The notes below the pieces were generated by a model. That model was not told the origin of the DNA. It ran no database searches and worked only from the letters and a program-made list of their open reading frames with translations. Made by a program: the position numbers and the translations under genes. A DNA stretch of 64,000 nucleotides from Octopus sinensis (lineage: Eukaryota). Each line of letters begins with the position of its first letter. The stretch's first letter is position 1. The DNA lies in assembly GCF_006345805.1 (NCBI RefSeq), contig NC_043003.1, positions 3,968,001 through 4,032,000 on the forward strand, written 5' to 3'. This document shows, one piece after another, positions 35,361-48,543 of this stretch.

Positions 35361-37924
35361 ATATGAAGATGATGATAGATGAAAAGTGGTTCGGAATCCA
35401 TATAAATCAAAAATTTCTCCATCTCTGTTTCTCCTCCTCTCTCTCTTTCTCTCCATCTCTTTCCCTCTGTCTCCCTCTCTCTCTCTCTTTTTCTCCATCT
35501 CTCTTCTGTCTCCCTCACTCTCCCTCCCTCCCTCTCTTTCTCTCTCTCTCTTTCATCCCTGACTGACACAGAAAAACCAGGAAAGATATTTATTTGAAAT
35601 GTCAATCAATATTGAACTTACTTCCTCTCTCTTTATATTTCACTGCTGTTTCCTGTTTGACATCACCCACCCTATCACCCTCCCTCCCTCCCACCAATCT
35701 GATGGTATTGTACCTACACCTCTCCCTCCACCCGGTCTGATGTTATTCCTCCACCCCCCATCCCTTCACATCTCCCATGCTGGACCAATTTAACAGATAT
35801 TTACTTATTAAATGCATTTCTTGGCTGTCTGGTTAAGAGGGTTGCTTCCAAACCACGTTGTTTTCGGTTCGATCCCACTATACAGCACCTTGGCACTTTG
35901 GCCCGGTGTTTTCTATGCAGTCCCAGGTCGACCAAATCCTTGTGAATGGATTTGATAGATGAGAACTGAAAAAACCTCATTGTGTGTGTGTGTGTATGTG
36001 TGTCTGTGTAAATGTGTGTATGTACGGTGCCATGCAAAAGTTTTCGGCCACTCTAAACTATTGAAAATTTCTACTAATTACCAATTTATATGTGGATGTT
36101 TTGTATTGCGTTTTTTTACAGATGAAACATTGGCCCTGTTGGGGTCACTTCCATACCTAGTCATTATATCACATGTGGGTGGAGTAACAGGCAGAGGTAG
36201 CGATCACATGTGTGTGGAATTATATGGGATGAGGTTTTATATAGAGGTGGAGCAGGGGCACATATGGGTGGGACTTACATCTGGGTGGAATTACACAGTT
36301 CTGGCTAGAAAAGGTTTAGCAAGGTGTTAAATGTGGCATATTTACAGTGAGGCCGAGATGGAAAGAGGTGAATGAATTGGTTTGACTCAATTAGGGAGCA
36401 GGGGGTTACACCAGGGTCGTTAAATCGCTGCAAACTATTCCTAGATGATGCTGATGATGATGACTATGATGCTGATGATGATTACTTTAATTATATTCTT
36501 CCGTATTTCATTTGCTGTTCTAAGTTCAAATTCCGCTGAGGTCGACTTTGCCTTTCATCCTTTCAAGGTCAATAAATTAAGTACCAGTTACGCACTGGGA
36601 TCGATGTAATCAACTTAATCCGTTTGTCTGTCCTTGTTTGTCCCCTCTGTGTTTGGCCCCTTGTGGGTAGTAAAGAAACATATATTCTTCCATCACTTCC
36701 GCCTCAAAACACCCGTGTCAGCAACTGTTGAGAATTTTCCTTCCTCATGGTATCTGACACCCCCCCCCAAATTGTCTTTGGGCTGTTATTACTACACTAA
36801 ACCCCATTATACAGTCATCATGGCCCCTAAATTTCTCAGTGAGTTCTCTTATTCCTCTTCATCACTGACCTTTTATGCAATATCTTCTCCTGTTAAAGAA
36901 GACCCTTAATTCAACATTTTTGCTTGTTCCCTTAAAACGGGATAATTATGATGTTGCCAGTTCCAAGCAGCTGTTTCCAAACTACTTGATGCCGACAATT
37001 CTATGTTTTCCCTTCTGCTTTGAACATCAAAGAACACAGATGCCCATATATGGAAGTGTTGTAAAAGAACACCTCTGGGATATCTGAATGTCTTTGAAAC
37101 TAGACAAAATATCAACTCACTTCCGTGTTAACCATCAACTCACACAGTTTTTCTTTTTTTATGACGACAAAGCAAACAAAAATTTTCTGTATTTATTAAT
37201 TCTGTTTTAATGGAAACAATGTTTCGTTGCTAGGCAGCTGACCTGACAGGATTATCTACCAACCAGATTTCACGTATTGGAGTCGAGAATTTAGTTGCAA
37301 ATCTCATCTGATGTTTGTGTTTAAACCTAAACCCTCTTCCTCCTCCTCCTTCACCGAACTCCTACTCTCACTTCCCCTCCCTCTCTCATTCAACTCTTAC
37401 TGCTCTCCTAAATGAATATTTTTCAAAACAAGATCAAACTCAGAAACCTATTCATCTCTAAGTGGTTATTTTACACACAAACACACGTAAATGGGGCCAA
37501 GAACCTCCTTTCACTCTCATTTAAGTTTGGTTCCAACTACAACTGGATGCCCTTCCTCACATCTACCATTTTATATATATATATATATATATATATCATC
37601 ATCGTCATCGTTTAATGTCTGTTTTCCATGCTAGCATGGATTGGACAGTTCGACCAGGGTCTGTGAAGCCAGAAGGCTGCACCAGGCTCCAGTCTGATCT
37701 GGCAGTGTTTCTACAGCTGGATGCCCTTCCTAACACCAACCACTCCGCGAGTGTAGTGGGTGTTTTTTACGTGCCACCTGCACAGGTGCCAGACGGAGCT
37801 GGCAAACGGCCACGGACGGATGGTGCTTTTTGCGTGCCACCGGCTGAAATTTTGAATTTAGTCCACAGACCCCCCTCCAGTGCCACCTTTGCAGATCATC
37901 AGGTTGGGAGCCATTGTTTTATTG

Positions 37925-38236
37925 CAATGATTCTTAACTCAGGGTCCATGTGACTCCTGGGGACCCATATAAGATTTCTGGGGGTCTGCACTTATATTTT
38001 AAGGGTCGATGAGAAAATGTTTCTTCAGATGTATTTATTGCAAGAAATGGCTAAGTTTCATTCTCAAATGTTTAACAGGTTTCTGGCCACCATTTCAGAA
38101 TTTTGGAAGAAGTTTCTATGAAATTAGTTTTTAAACATGGAATGGCTAGGGAGGGGGGTGGGGGGTCCACCAGAATAAAATAGTTATAAAAAAAGGGTCC
38201 AGAGGTAAAAAAAAAAAAAACAATTGAGAACCACTG
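37925..38236. mobile_element. hAT-like MITE, diverged
   Basis: CAATGATTCTTAAC...ATTGAGAACCACTG termini; no TSD visible. Confidence 0.55.
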
Positions 38237-38728
38237 ATCTACAGAGTGAGAAGCATGAGTGATAGAAGTGTGTGAGTGGTAGTGACTGAGACAGATGAGT
38301 GATGGGTGTCTTTAGTTTCTGTTGTTGTTCTTGTGTGCTGTGTGATGAATGGTAGTGATTGGTGTAGCGGCGAGTGACCAGGTGAATGGGGAGGTGTTGG
38401 TGGTGTGTGACTTAGCCGAGCCATGCAAGTGTGGAAAAATATACAGAAAATAATGATGGTGATGATGATGATGCATGCAATAATGTAGACATCATCATAT
38501 ATAATGTATATGAGGGTATTTGAAATTGCGCCGATATTTGGTTGATTGCTGTTGGGCGTGGGCAGAGATTGTCCTGGGTCCTCTGTGTGTGTTTTTCCTG
38601 TTTTTCCAAATGTTCCTTTTTCATCAGTTGTTGAGTGTCCCCCAAGAGGAGTCAATGCTAGATGTGCCGAAACAATTGTTGTGGTTAATAATATATTCTC
38701 GTATATTCTATCTTCTGCCTTTCATTTG

Positions 38729-38775
<47 letters not shown>

Positions 38776-39947
38776 ATAGGATGTTTATAAAGTCCCTTTA
38801 CAATATGGAGTTTACAAATATGGAAGTTGTACAAATAATTTATGGACAGCCTCTGTGTGTGTGTAATGTTTCGCTTCCTTTATGCTCTCTCCTCACACTA
38901 TTGTCAGTTGACAACTGGGTCTGCACAAATGGCTGATGGTTGTTGTTGCTCCACACACTGTAGGTCAAAGAAACAACTGATTGCTTACGATTTCCTCTTT
39001 TTCTTCTTTCTTATCCTCACCTTCATTCTCACCACCACCACCACCACCGCAATCATCACCACCACTACCGCTGCCACCACCACCACCACCACCACCACCA
39101 CCACCACCACCATCATCATCAAAGTAAACAGAATTAAGTTTAGTCAAACAACACCTAGCACTGACTTCTGATTCTTCAAAAGACTCCCAGCAACAACAAC
39201 AACAACCCCAAAGTTGTCTTTTAATAGGAGAAACCCTGCTAATTTGTGATGTAATAATAGTTTTTGTTTATAGACTGTCCAGACAGTTGTGTTGTTAGAA
39301 CTACAGATGCACAGATGTAGGCAGAAGGTGTGCAGCGTTTAAACAGATGTTGGCGCTAACTGTTGCAGAACAAAGGACATTTCTAAGAAAAATATTGCCA
39401 CAGTCAGCACTCTCATATGTTAATAGTCTTTAATTTATGTGTTCTGGCACAATTAATTAACTTTTTGCAGAGAGTTTTGTTGAAGAATTTAGTTATTCCA
39501 CACACCGTATCCTTAAGCGAATGTTGTTGTTTTGCGAAAGTTCTTCAAAACATTGATTGATGCTGAAGAAATAATTGAAATGTCTTTTATTTTGACCTGT
39601 TTTGGTAATTGATAGAATTTCTGGCATCATTTCTGACTTGACTGGTTCAAACTGGTTCCCAGCTTGACAATTCCTTTACACAACACTACCACACACTACG
39701 CAACTATACATTACATTATAGTACCATGCACTTCAGTACCATGTGTTACACTACTAAGTGCTATACTGCAGTACCTTATAGAATGGCACCATATACTATG
39801 ATACCCTAGGCAGTACTATCGAGCCCTATATTTCATGCAATCTTATCAATTAATCTTATCCATATTATACCAGAGACAAGTTGTATGACTTCTCTGTAGT
39901 TTTGTCTACCATAAACACATCAAAACTTTCCTGAATAAATATCTATA

Positions 39948-39982
<35 letters not shown>

Positions 39983-40011
<29 letters not shown>

Positions 40012-40480
40012 TTAGCGTCCGTTTTCCATGCTAGCATGGGTTGGACGGTTCAACTGGGGTCTGTGAAGCCGGAAGGCCGCATCAGGCCCTGTCAGATCTG
40101 GCAGTGTTTCTACGGCTGGATGCCCTTCATAACGCCAACCACTTCGTGAGTGTAGTGGGTGCTTTTTACGTGCCACCCGCACAGGTGCCAGACGGAGCTG
40201 GCAAACGGCCACGAACGGATGGTGCTTTTACGTGTCACCGGCACGGGGGCCAGGCGAGGCTGGCAACGGACGCGAGCAGATGGTGCTTTTACTTGCCTCT
40301 GGCACGGGGGCCAGGCGAGGCTGGCAGCAGACACGATGATCGGATGGTTCGCTTAACCACATCTGCAACTTCCACTGATGTTGATCGGCCTCAATTTTGG
40401 TTCTGCTTTCTGATGACTGTTCTCACTGGTCTTGCCGGGTTTTCTCACGCACAGCATACTTCCATAGGTCTCGGTCTCTA
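39983..40480 (-). mobile_element. Family A copy extending into RTE RT C-terminal codons
   Basis: Minus strand reads DRDLWKYAVREKTRQDQ* at about 40420-40476, upstream of the family A segment. Confidence 0.75.
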
Positions 40481-40491
40481 TATATATATAT

Positions 40492-40880
40492 CATCATCAT
40501 CATTTAATGTCCACTATCCATGCTAGCATGGGTTGGACGATTTGACTGAGGTTTGGCAAACCAGACTCCAATCTGATCTGGCAGAGTTTCTACAGCTTGG
40601 TGCCCTTCCTAACGCCAACCACTCCGAGAGTGTAGTGGGTGCTTTTTACATGCCACCAGCACAAGGGCCAGTCAGGTGGTACTGGCAACGGCCATGCCCA
40701 AATGGTGCTTTTTATGTGCCACCTGCACAGGAGCCAATCCAGCAGCACTGGTGACGACCTCACTCGAATATTTCACGTGCCACCAGCACAAGTGTTAGTA
40801 AGGCGACGCAGTAACGATCACACTCGAATGGTGTGTTTAAACGTGCCATCGGCACAAAGGCCAGCTTGTTGCTCTGGCAA
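40492..40880 (-). mobile_element. Family A copy with degenerate internal 58-bp repeats
   Basis: (CAT)n tail plus repeated GTGCCACC...GGCAAC...GAATGGTG units. Confidence 0.8.
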
Positions 40881-41574
40881 CGATCTCATTCATAATGGTA
40901 CTCTTAGCACTCCACTAGTATGGATGCCAGTCACCGAGTTAGATTTCAACTTCGATTTCCCTTGCCTCAACAGGTCTTTGCAAGCAGAGTTTAGTGTCCA
41001 ATGAAGAAAAGGCACGCATAAGTGGACTGGTTACACCCCTGGCATAGGCCACGGGTTATGGTCACACTTGCGCTTGCCTGGTATATATATAATGCTTAAC
41101 CTTGGCATTAAGCCACCTCCTGCCCCTCTAATACTCCCCCCCCTGCACTTAGTAATGGGAGATTTTCCCTTCTTCCTTGTCCTTTCTTTCTGCTTTGCAA
41201 GTTACTTGGCAACTCCACTATTGTGTTGGTGGCATGAAAACATGCACCCAGTACATTCTGTAAAGTGGTTGGCATTAGGAAGGGAATCCAGCTGTAGAAA
41301 CCATGACATTGGACATTGGTTCACCATACCCCATTAAATCATCCAACCCATGCCAGCACAAAAAACGGATTTTTGATGATGCTTATATATATATATAATC
41401 TGTTTGGTGTTGACTGATGGTGAAAAATGTACAAAATACCATTGTAGAGATTAAAAACGATATATTTTACTCAAGTCAGTCTCTTGCTAATAAATTGTAA
41501 CTTGCCTGAAGTATCTTGTACACTTTGTGGCAAAACTTAGAGCAAGAAGAGACTGACTCAACTAAAATAAAATG

Positions 41575-41608
<34 letters not shown>

Positions 41609-42327
41609 TGGTCAGTCGCCATGATAGATCGTTAGCCACTACACACATGTTTTTCTCTCCTTGTTTTTTTTCTGTGTCCTTTTCTGTAGAAGAGCGTAGG
41701 CTCGAAACGTAAAAGACTTTTTTCTATTCCTGAGCGTTATACTAATACATCTGTTTGTTTTGTACTCCACCTGCCTTCGTCTTCTGTCTTTTTCTCAAAT
41801 CCCTATATTCATCCACTTCTATCTATCTATATGTAGAGATAGGTAAATACACAGGTAGCTAAGATAAACGTGTTTTTGCCTGCAATTCATAATCTGTCTG
41901 CTCTTACTCTGAGACAGTCTATCACAAAGCTTTCAATATTTAGTCATCAATCTTAATATTCCCATCCAACATTAGTCTGTGAGATAAACAGATATATTCC
42001 AATAATCCTTCTTCTAGGAGAGCCTCGTTTGCAGTGTTGTTTCAAGTTTTCTCTACGAGGAAGTAAGTCACTGAAACTGCATACAACTTCCTCCTCACAC
42101 ACACACTCTCTCTTCCTCTCTCTCTCTCTCTCTCTCACACGTAATTTTCTTTCTTCCTTCCAAGAAGAATGACTACGAATGTTTGTGTTAGTCAGGGTGA
42201 CAAAGTACTTGAAATATTGTGTTTTTCATGTGGAGATGTCTGTCTGTGTGTCTGTTTATATGCACAATATGACTTGAGCTTGAGTAAATGACCAGCATTC
42301 ATACACACATACCAAACACACACACAC

Positions 42328-42360
<33 letters not shown>

Positions 42361-42696
42361 CATATATATACATATATAAACTCTTCACTTTCTGTATATA
42401 TAACTTCACATCTGTCTATAGACTGTAGGTGTGTGCGTGTGCGTATGGATATGGATGTATGTGCATTTATGCTCATCTGCATGTACATATACAAGGAAAT
42501 ACACGTGTGTGTGTGTGTGTGTGTCTGTGTGTGTGTACATAGACACACAAACCTATACATGTGCACACATACAGATACAGGCATCACACCCACACATATA
42601 TATATCAGTATATTTGTACGTATATCATCATCATCATCAGCTCAAACCTAAATATCTCATTGCTTGAATGACGTCAAGAATGGCCAGTTCTACAGA

Positions 42697-42871
42697 TGTC
42701 AGCATTTGTCCCTCTTCAGAACTCGGTCACTCTGGTTATTGTCTTCAAGATTATTATTCCATCTTCTGACATTTTCTGAGATTCTCCATTGACCATTGCT
42801 TAATTTGTTCTTCCCTCAAAGCCGTATATCTACCAGAGTGACCGAGTTCTGAAAGTGGACTACTGCTGACA
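42697..42871. repeat. Inverted repeat, about 40-bp arms (22-bp perfect core), 95-nt spacer
   Basis: TTCAGAACTCGGTCACTCTGGT (42715-42736) / ACCAGAGTGACCGAGTTCTGAA (42832-42853). Confidence 0.8.
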
Positions 42872-43034
42872 ATTTATGTCCCTAACACTAACTGAATGAT
42901 AACTAAGTTATTTTACTAAATTCTTTGTTGTATTTTAAATTAATTGAAAGAAACCCAGAGCATCTCAACAGAAATACAGTAACAAAAGGGGTTAAAGAAA
43001 CCAGAATACTAGCAGAAGCCTTTATATATATATA

Positions 43035-43383
43035 CTCTTTTACTCTTTTACTTGTTTCAGTCATTTGACTGCGGCCATGCTGGAGCACCGCCTTTAGTCG
43101 AGCAAATCGACCCCGGGACTTATTCTTTGTAAGCTCAGTACTTATTCTATCGGTCACTTTTGCTAAGTGATGGGGACATTAACACACCAGCATCGGTTGT
43201 CAAGCAATGCTAGGGGGACAAACACAGACACACAAACACACACACACATATATATATATATACATATATACGACGGGCTTCTTTCAGTTTCCGTCTACCA
43301 AATCCACTCACAAGGCATTGGTCGGCCTGGGGCTATAGCAGAAGACACTTGCCCAAGATGCCACGCAGTGGGACTGAACCCGA
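43035..43383 (-). mobile_element. SINE family B, head cut off
   Basis: Stops at GGGACTGAACCCG, immediately before a Helitron-like 5' end. Confidence 0.8.
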
Positions 43384-43385
43384 TA

Positions 43386-43800
43386 TCTCTTATTATAAAA
43401 GGCAGATTTTATCTGCCTCCCTTTGGGAGTTATACAAATCTACAATATAGGATTTTTTCAATTACAATTTACCTAGCATTTTTGAGAGTACAATGCATCG
43501 CGTCATGCCAGGTCCAGTTTTTAAAATTTAAACTCCAATTAAGCAAAATTTACAGAAAACTCACATTCTGGTGTGTGTGTCAAATGCTTTTCTTAGTCTG
43601 GTTTACACCACACGCAAACGCACACACACAGTGGGCAACGAATAAAATGAAAGTAAATAGCGACAGAGTGATTTGAGGAAGACTAAAGTGAAAGTATTCT
43701 GTCTATGACGCTGATAGATACATGAGTAAAATGTATGGGAAGCTAAGAGCTAAGAGTGAGTGAAAATGTTCTTGGAAGAGAGTAATTAGTAATAAAGTAA
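43386..43800 (+). mobile_element. Possible Helitron 5' portion
   Basis: A|TCTCTTATTATAAAAGGCAG start like 44566; no CTAG end found. Confidence 0.4.
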
Positions 43801-43836
43801 ACATACACTCATACATACATACATACATACATACAT

Positions 43837-43900
<64 letters not shown>

Positions 43901-43918
43901 ACACACACATACATACAC

Positions 43919-43949
<31 letters not shown>

Positions 43950-44094
43950 CATACATACATATACATACATACATACACACACACACAGTATTGAAGCTTG
44001 AGAACAATCAGATACATTTGCAACACATCTGTTGAAAATATTATTGTTCACACACATACATATACATATATACATACAGACAGACAGACAGATA

Positions 44095-44130
<36 letters not shown>

Positions 44131-44187
44131 ATCCAGCATGGCCACAACCTCAAGGCTGAAACATATAAAAGAATAACAGAATATAAA

Positions 44188-44545
44188 TGTGTGCAAAGTA
44201 CAAGAAATATTAATGCAGTATATGGGGATTGGACAATAAGCGTAAGGCAGTGTCAATGGTGGTTCCAGAAATCCCGAGCCATAAACTACAGCCTAGAAGA
44301 CGAGCCTCATCCTGAAAGATCTGTAGAACTCGACAAGGACATCCTGAAAACCCTGGTGGAACAAAATATCATCGTAACTGTTGAGGAACTAGCAGAGAAG
44401 CTTGGATTTGGTCATTCAACCATTCATTGACACCTGTGTGCTATCGGAAAAGTCAGCAAATTGGGTCAATGGGTTCCTCACGAACTTTCCGAGTCTAATT
44501 GCATGCAGAGAGTGAATGTATGCGTTTCTTTGCTGTCATATCTCA
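44188..44545 (+). pseudogene. mariner transposase N-terminal fragment
   Basis: RNINAVYG..ISVRQCQWWFQK..SLEDEPHPERSVELDKDILK..TVEELAEKLGFGHSTIH*HL..GKVSKLGQWVPHELSE, with the mariner WVPHEL motif. Confidence 0.92.
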
Positions 44546-44565
44546 CCACTACTGCGCTATGTATA

Positions 44566-45096
44566 TCTATATATATAAAAGTGTAGTTGTGTGAGTGTCT
44601 GTCCCCTTCGATTTAGATTCCTAACTACTCCCACATTTTGCGGTACAGTTTAACCAAATTCGGGTAGCTTATAGTCGTGATTCATATCGAGCCCGTCTGA
44701 ATATTAGCGCGCGTCTACGATGAGTCTACGATTTTAAAAATAATTTAACATCATTTTTTATTCCATTTTAATGCATAATTTTTCGTGTGTCGATGGCGGC
44801 GGAGTTGGCGTCCACGCTCACACCTGCGCCTGCTAAGAAAGCGTCTACATGAGTCTACGATTTAAAAAAAAAATTACCATCGTTTTTTTTCCATTTTAAT
44901 GCATTTTTTCGCTATTATATAAGGGAAGTAACTCTCTAAAAATGTCTACGATGAGTCAACGATTTAAAAAAAAATTTACCATCATATTTTTTCCATTTTT
45001 AATGCATTTTTTGCTATTTTTTGGCTATAACTCTCTAAAAATGCTTATATAGTTATTTCCCTTACAAACCCGAGCAACGCCGGGCGATAATGCTAG
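44566..45096 (+). mobile_element. Complete non-autonomous Helitron (531 bp)
   Basis: A|TCTATATATATAAAA 5' end; CCCGAGCAACGCCGGG hairpin then CTAG|T 3' end; three internal copies of about 72 bp. Confidence 0.9.
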
Positions 45097-45347
45097 TATA
45101 TATATATATATAATATATATATATATAAGGATAAGATCGTTAATTTAAAATAAAAAAACGAACTTATCAAGTGGTCAGCATGGAAAAAATAACCTTCAAA
45201 AGGTAATAATTATTAAAATTATAAATTAGGGTATTTAATTAGTAATTTTTTAGTAGCTTCATCTTGTCTCTTTGTCTTCTCTCCATGTTGCTATATGAAA
45301 ACTTAAGGCGGTTTTAGAGTCGGATCATGGTGGTATATATATATATA

Positions 45348-45378
<31 letters not shown>

Positions 45379-45668
45379 CAGTGGAACCTTGATTTATGAA
45401 CAATTTTTCAAACCTAAAATGTCTTGGGGTGATGGATGTTGTCTTGAGTAAAGAACACGAATGTCAGCGGCAATGGTTGGTGAGAAGCTGGGTGGATCAG
45501 CAGGGGAGCCTCCGTCACTGATCAGCTTCCGTTCAATGCAGATTCCTGCTTGAATATGCTGTGCCTTCTCTTGAATGCTTTCTGGGTAAAGTAGTTTTCA
45601 TTTAGGAACATTTTGGGTGACAGACAACCTTTGGAAACAAATTAAATGCGTAAACCAAAGTTCCACTA
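45379..45668. mobile_element. Tigger-like MITE
   Basis: CAGTGGAACCTTGATTTATG...GCGTAAACCAAAGTTCCACTA TIRs. Confidence 0.75.
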
Positions 45669-46781
45669 CATATGTGTGTGTGTCTCTGTGTATGCTTGTG
45701 CGTATTTACACACACACACACACCACACACACACATTTACATATTGCTAAAATTAAAATTGTTTGTGTATGTGTGCCTTGTGCCTTGTGGTTTTAGTGAA
45801 AATAGTCCTTTAGGGGTCAAAAATATTCCAACAAACGAACTCTAAAACACTTGCCCTTTTTGCATCTTATTTACATTTCTGGGTCCTGGAACCCTTGAAA
45901 CAAGACAAAAAAAGAAAAAAAATTTTCTTGCTGGTTTTATCATTATAGGGAAACAATTTCCAGCTATTCATGAAAGAGGGAACCAGTAAATAATAGTAAC
46001 ATAAGCACATACACAGCAGTAAATGCTTAAAAAAAAACAAGACATGCACACACGCAACATGCATGTACGACACAGACACATGGACAAAACACACACACAC
46101 ACCACTAACATATAATGGCAAATGTATATACACAAACAGATGAAACATATGGAGACACACACACACACACACACACACAAAACTGTGGCGGCATATACAT
46201 ATGGCACATGTGTACCTAGGCCTTAATAGTATGTCACATTTTGTGAATGAGCATGTGGAGGAATAAATTTAGAAACAGAAACAGATTCTTCTTGGTGCTT
46301 ATTTTGGGTAGAAATGGATGTCATGTTTGAAGAAATATAAAACAAAATATAGACATACATGTACTTCCTCATATGTAGGTGTGTGTGTGTGTATGTATAT
46401 ATATATATATATATATAAATAAAATATATGAATACATACAAACATATATGTACGTACCTACATCTACATGTATATATACATGCATATATAAATATATATA
46501 TGTGTGTACAGGACACCACAAATAGACGTAGAACTCAATGAGAAACGAAAAAGTAAAAACAAGCATGGAACGGACCATTTTTTTAACAATGAAAAAACAG
46601 AGTACAAGACATACAACACAAGGAAAAATCCCCTTCGTCAGCTGTCCCTAGTTCAACTCCAGCGTGTTTTATGTAAACGCACACGGCATTTATATTGCTA
46701 AAATATAAAGTGGTGTGTATAAGTTTGTGTGTCTATGTCTCTAATTTACACTTGCTCCCTGATATTTTTACGCATCCACCT

Positions 46782-47390
46782 ATCATCATCATCGTTGTTT
46801 AACGTCCGCTTTCCATGCTGGTATAGGTTGGATGGTTTGACTGAGGTCTGGAGAGCCAGGAGGCTGCACCAAGCTCCAGTCTGATCTGGCAGTGATTCTA
46901 CGGCTGGATGCCCTTCCTAACGCCAACCACTCCGTGAGTGTAGTGGGTGCTTTTTACGTGCCACCCGCACAGGTGCCAGACGGAGCTGGCAAACGGCCAC
47001 AGACGGATGGTGCTTTTACGTGCCACCGGCACGGGGCCAGGCGAGGCTGGCAACGGCCACGAACGGATGGTGCTACGTGCCACCGGCACGGGGGCCAGAC
47101 GATGCTGGCAATGGCCACGAACGGATGGTGCTACATTCCACCGGCACGGGGGCCAGGCGAGGCTGGCAACGGCCACGAACGGATGGTGCTACGTGCCACC
47201 GGCACGGGGGCCAGACGATGCTGGCAATGGCCACGAACGGATGGTGCTACATTCCACCGGCACGGGGGCCAGACGATGCTGGCAATGGCCACGAACGGAT
47301 GGTGCTACGTTCCACCGGCATGGGGGCCAGGCGAGGCTGGCAACGGCCACGAACAGATGGTGCTTTTTACGTGCACGTAAAAAGCACCAT
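46782..47390 (-). mobile_element. Family A copy with 7 tandem GC-rich units of about 58 bp and a terminal 34-bp perfect palindrome
   Basis: Unit GTGCCACCGGCACGGGGGCCAG...CGAACGGATGGTGCTAC at about 46959-47370; palindrome 47357-47390. Confidence 0.9.
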
Positions 47391-48501
47391 ATATATATAT
47401 ATATATATATATATGAATATAAAATGTATATACTTGTATTAGAAAAGGCTATTCTGGTGAGGAAACCATGCCAAAGAGGACGTAGGAGCACAATGCAATC
47501 CTTGGACTGACCGGATTCCTTTGAATCCTCCTCCAGTTCGTGCCAGTATGGAACCAGGATGGTAAATGATGACAATGACACTTGCATGCGTACACACTTT
47601 CACACATAGAATGCTTGCATCATTTGGATGGAATTTGCTGAGGCAGGTTTTCTTCTGAACCACATGTCCATGCCTACACACACACACACACACTCTCACA
47701 CACAGTAATCTGTATACACATATATGTGTTGTTTACTTTTATTGTGGGTTATTAAACTACAGGTAAAATTTTAAGAATTAAAATGTAAAAGCAAACTGAA
47801 TTCTGTGTAACAAGGAGGATAAACGATGTGTTTGAAATGTTCAGGTTATGCAGAATTGCTATAAACCTTTGTCAACAGAATAGCTCAACCTTAGTGCTGT
47901 ATTGCCTGGGCAACGCCGGGTATCTAATGCGTGTGTATACCTATAAATATATACTTACATATATTCATACATATACATATGTGTGTGTACACATACAAAC
48001 ATGCATGTGTTTGTATGTGATTGTGTATATATATATATATATATATATATACACGTGCATATATATAATACATATTCACTCATACATACATGCATGTATG
48101 TGTATATATACATATATGTGTGTATGTATATATATGCAAATGCATGTGTGTGTGCACATGCATATATGTGTGTGGAGAAGCCTAGGGCTGAATTGAGAGA
48201 AATGCAGGGAATCTGATCCGGGTCCTCAGGTGAGAATTCCTCACAGGAACCCATCTCTGTGATAATAATGACTGATGATAACTTTGATAATTTGGAATCG
48301 GTGAAACCCGATGCTGCTGCCTTTGTTGTTTTATCGCTGCAGTGGTGTGCAACAAGAACAGTAGCAGCGCTGTACAGCTGTACTATGTTCTGTAGAAATA
48401 CCTGCATTTCCAAATTTAGGTGAAATTCAATAAGGAATAATTCTTGTTGTTTTTCTGCCATGAAGCTCTTAATAATTGTTTATTTTCTTTCTCTTTCATA
48501 G

Positions 48502-48543
48502 GTAAGTTAATGTCTTTTGTTATCGAAGAGAATGGAGAGAATG
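48502..48543 (+). other. Candidate 42-nt exon whose first bases form a 5' splice site (recursive-splice type)
   Basis: TTTTCTTTCTCTTTCATAG|GTAAGT...GAATG|GTAAGT; open only in phase 1: (G)KLMSFVIEENGEN. Confidence 0.45.

Noticed and set aside
46892-47587. Several overlapping 130-190 aa ORFs
   Set aside because: Produced by the GC-rich 58-bp tandem in a retro-element tail; the unit length is not a multiple of 3.
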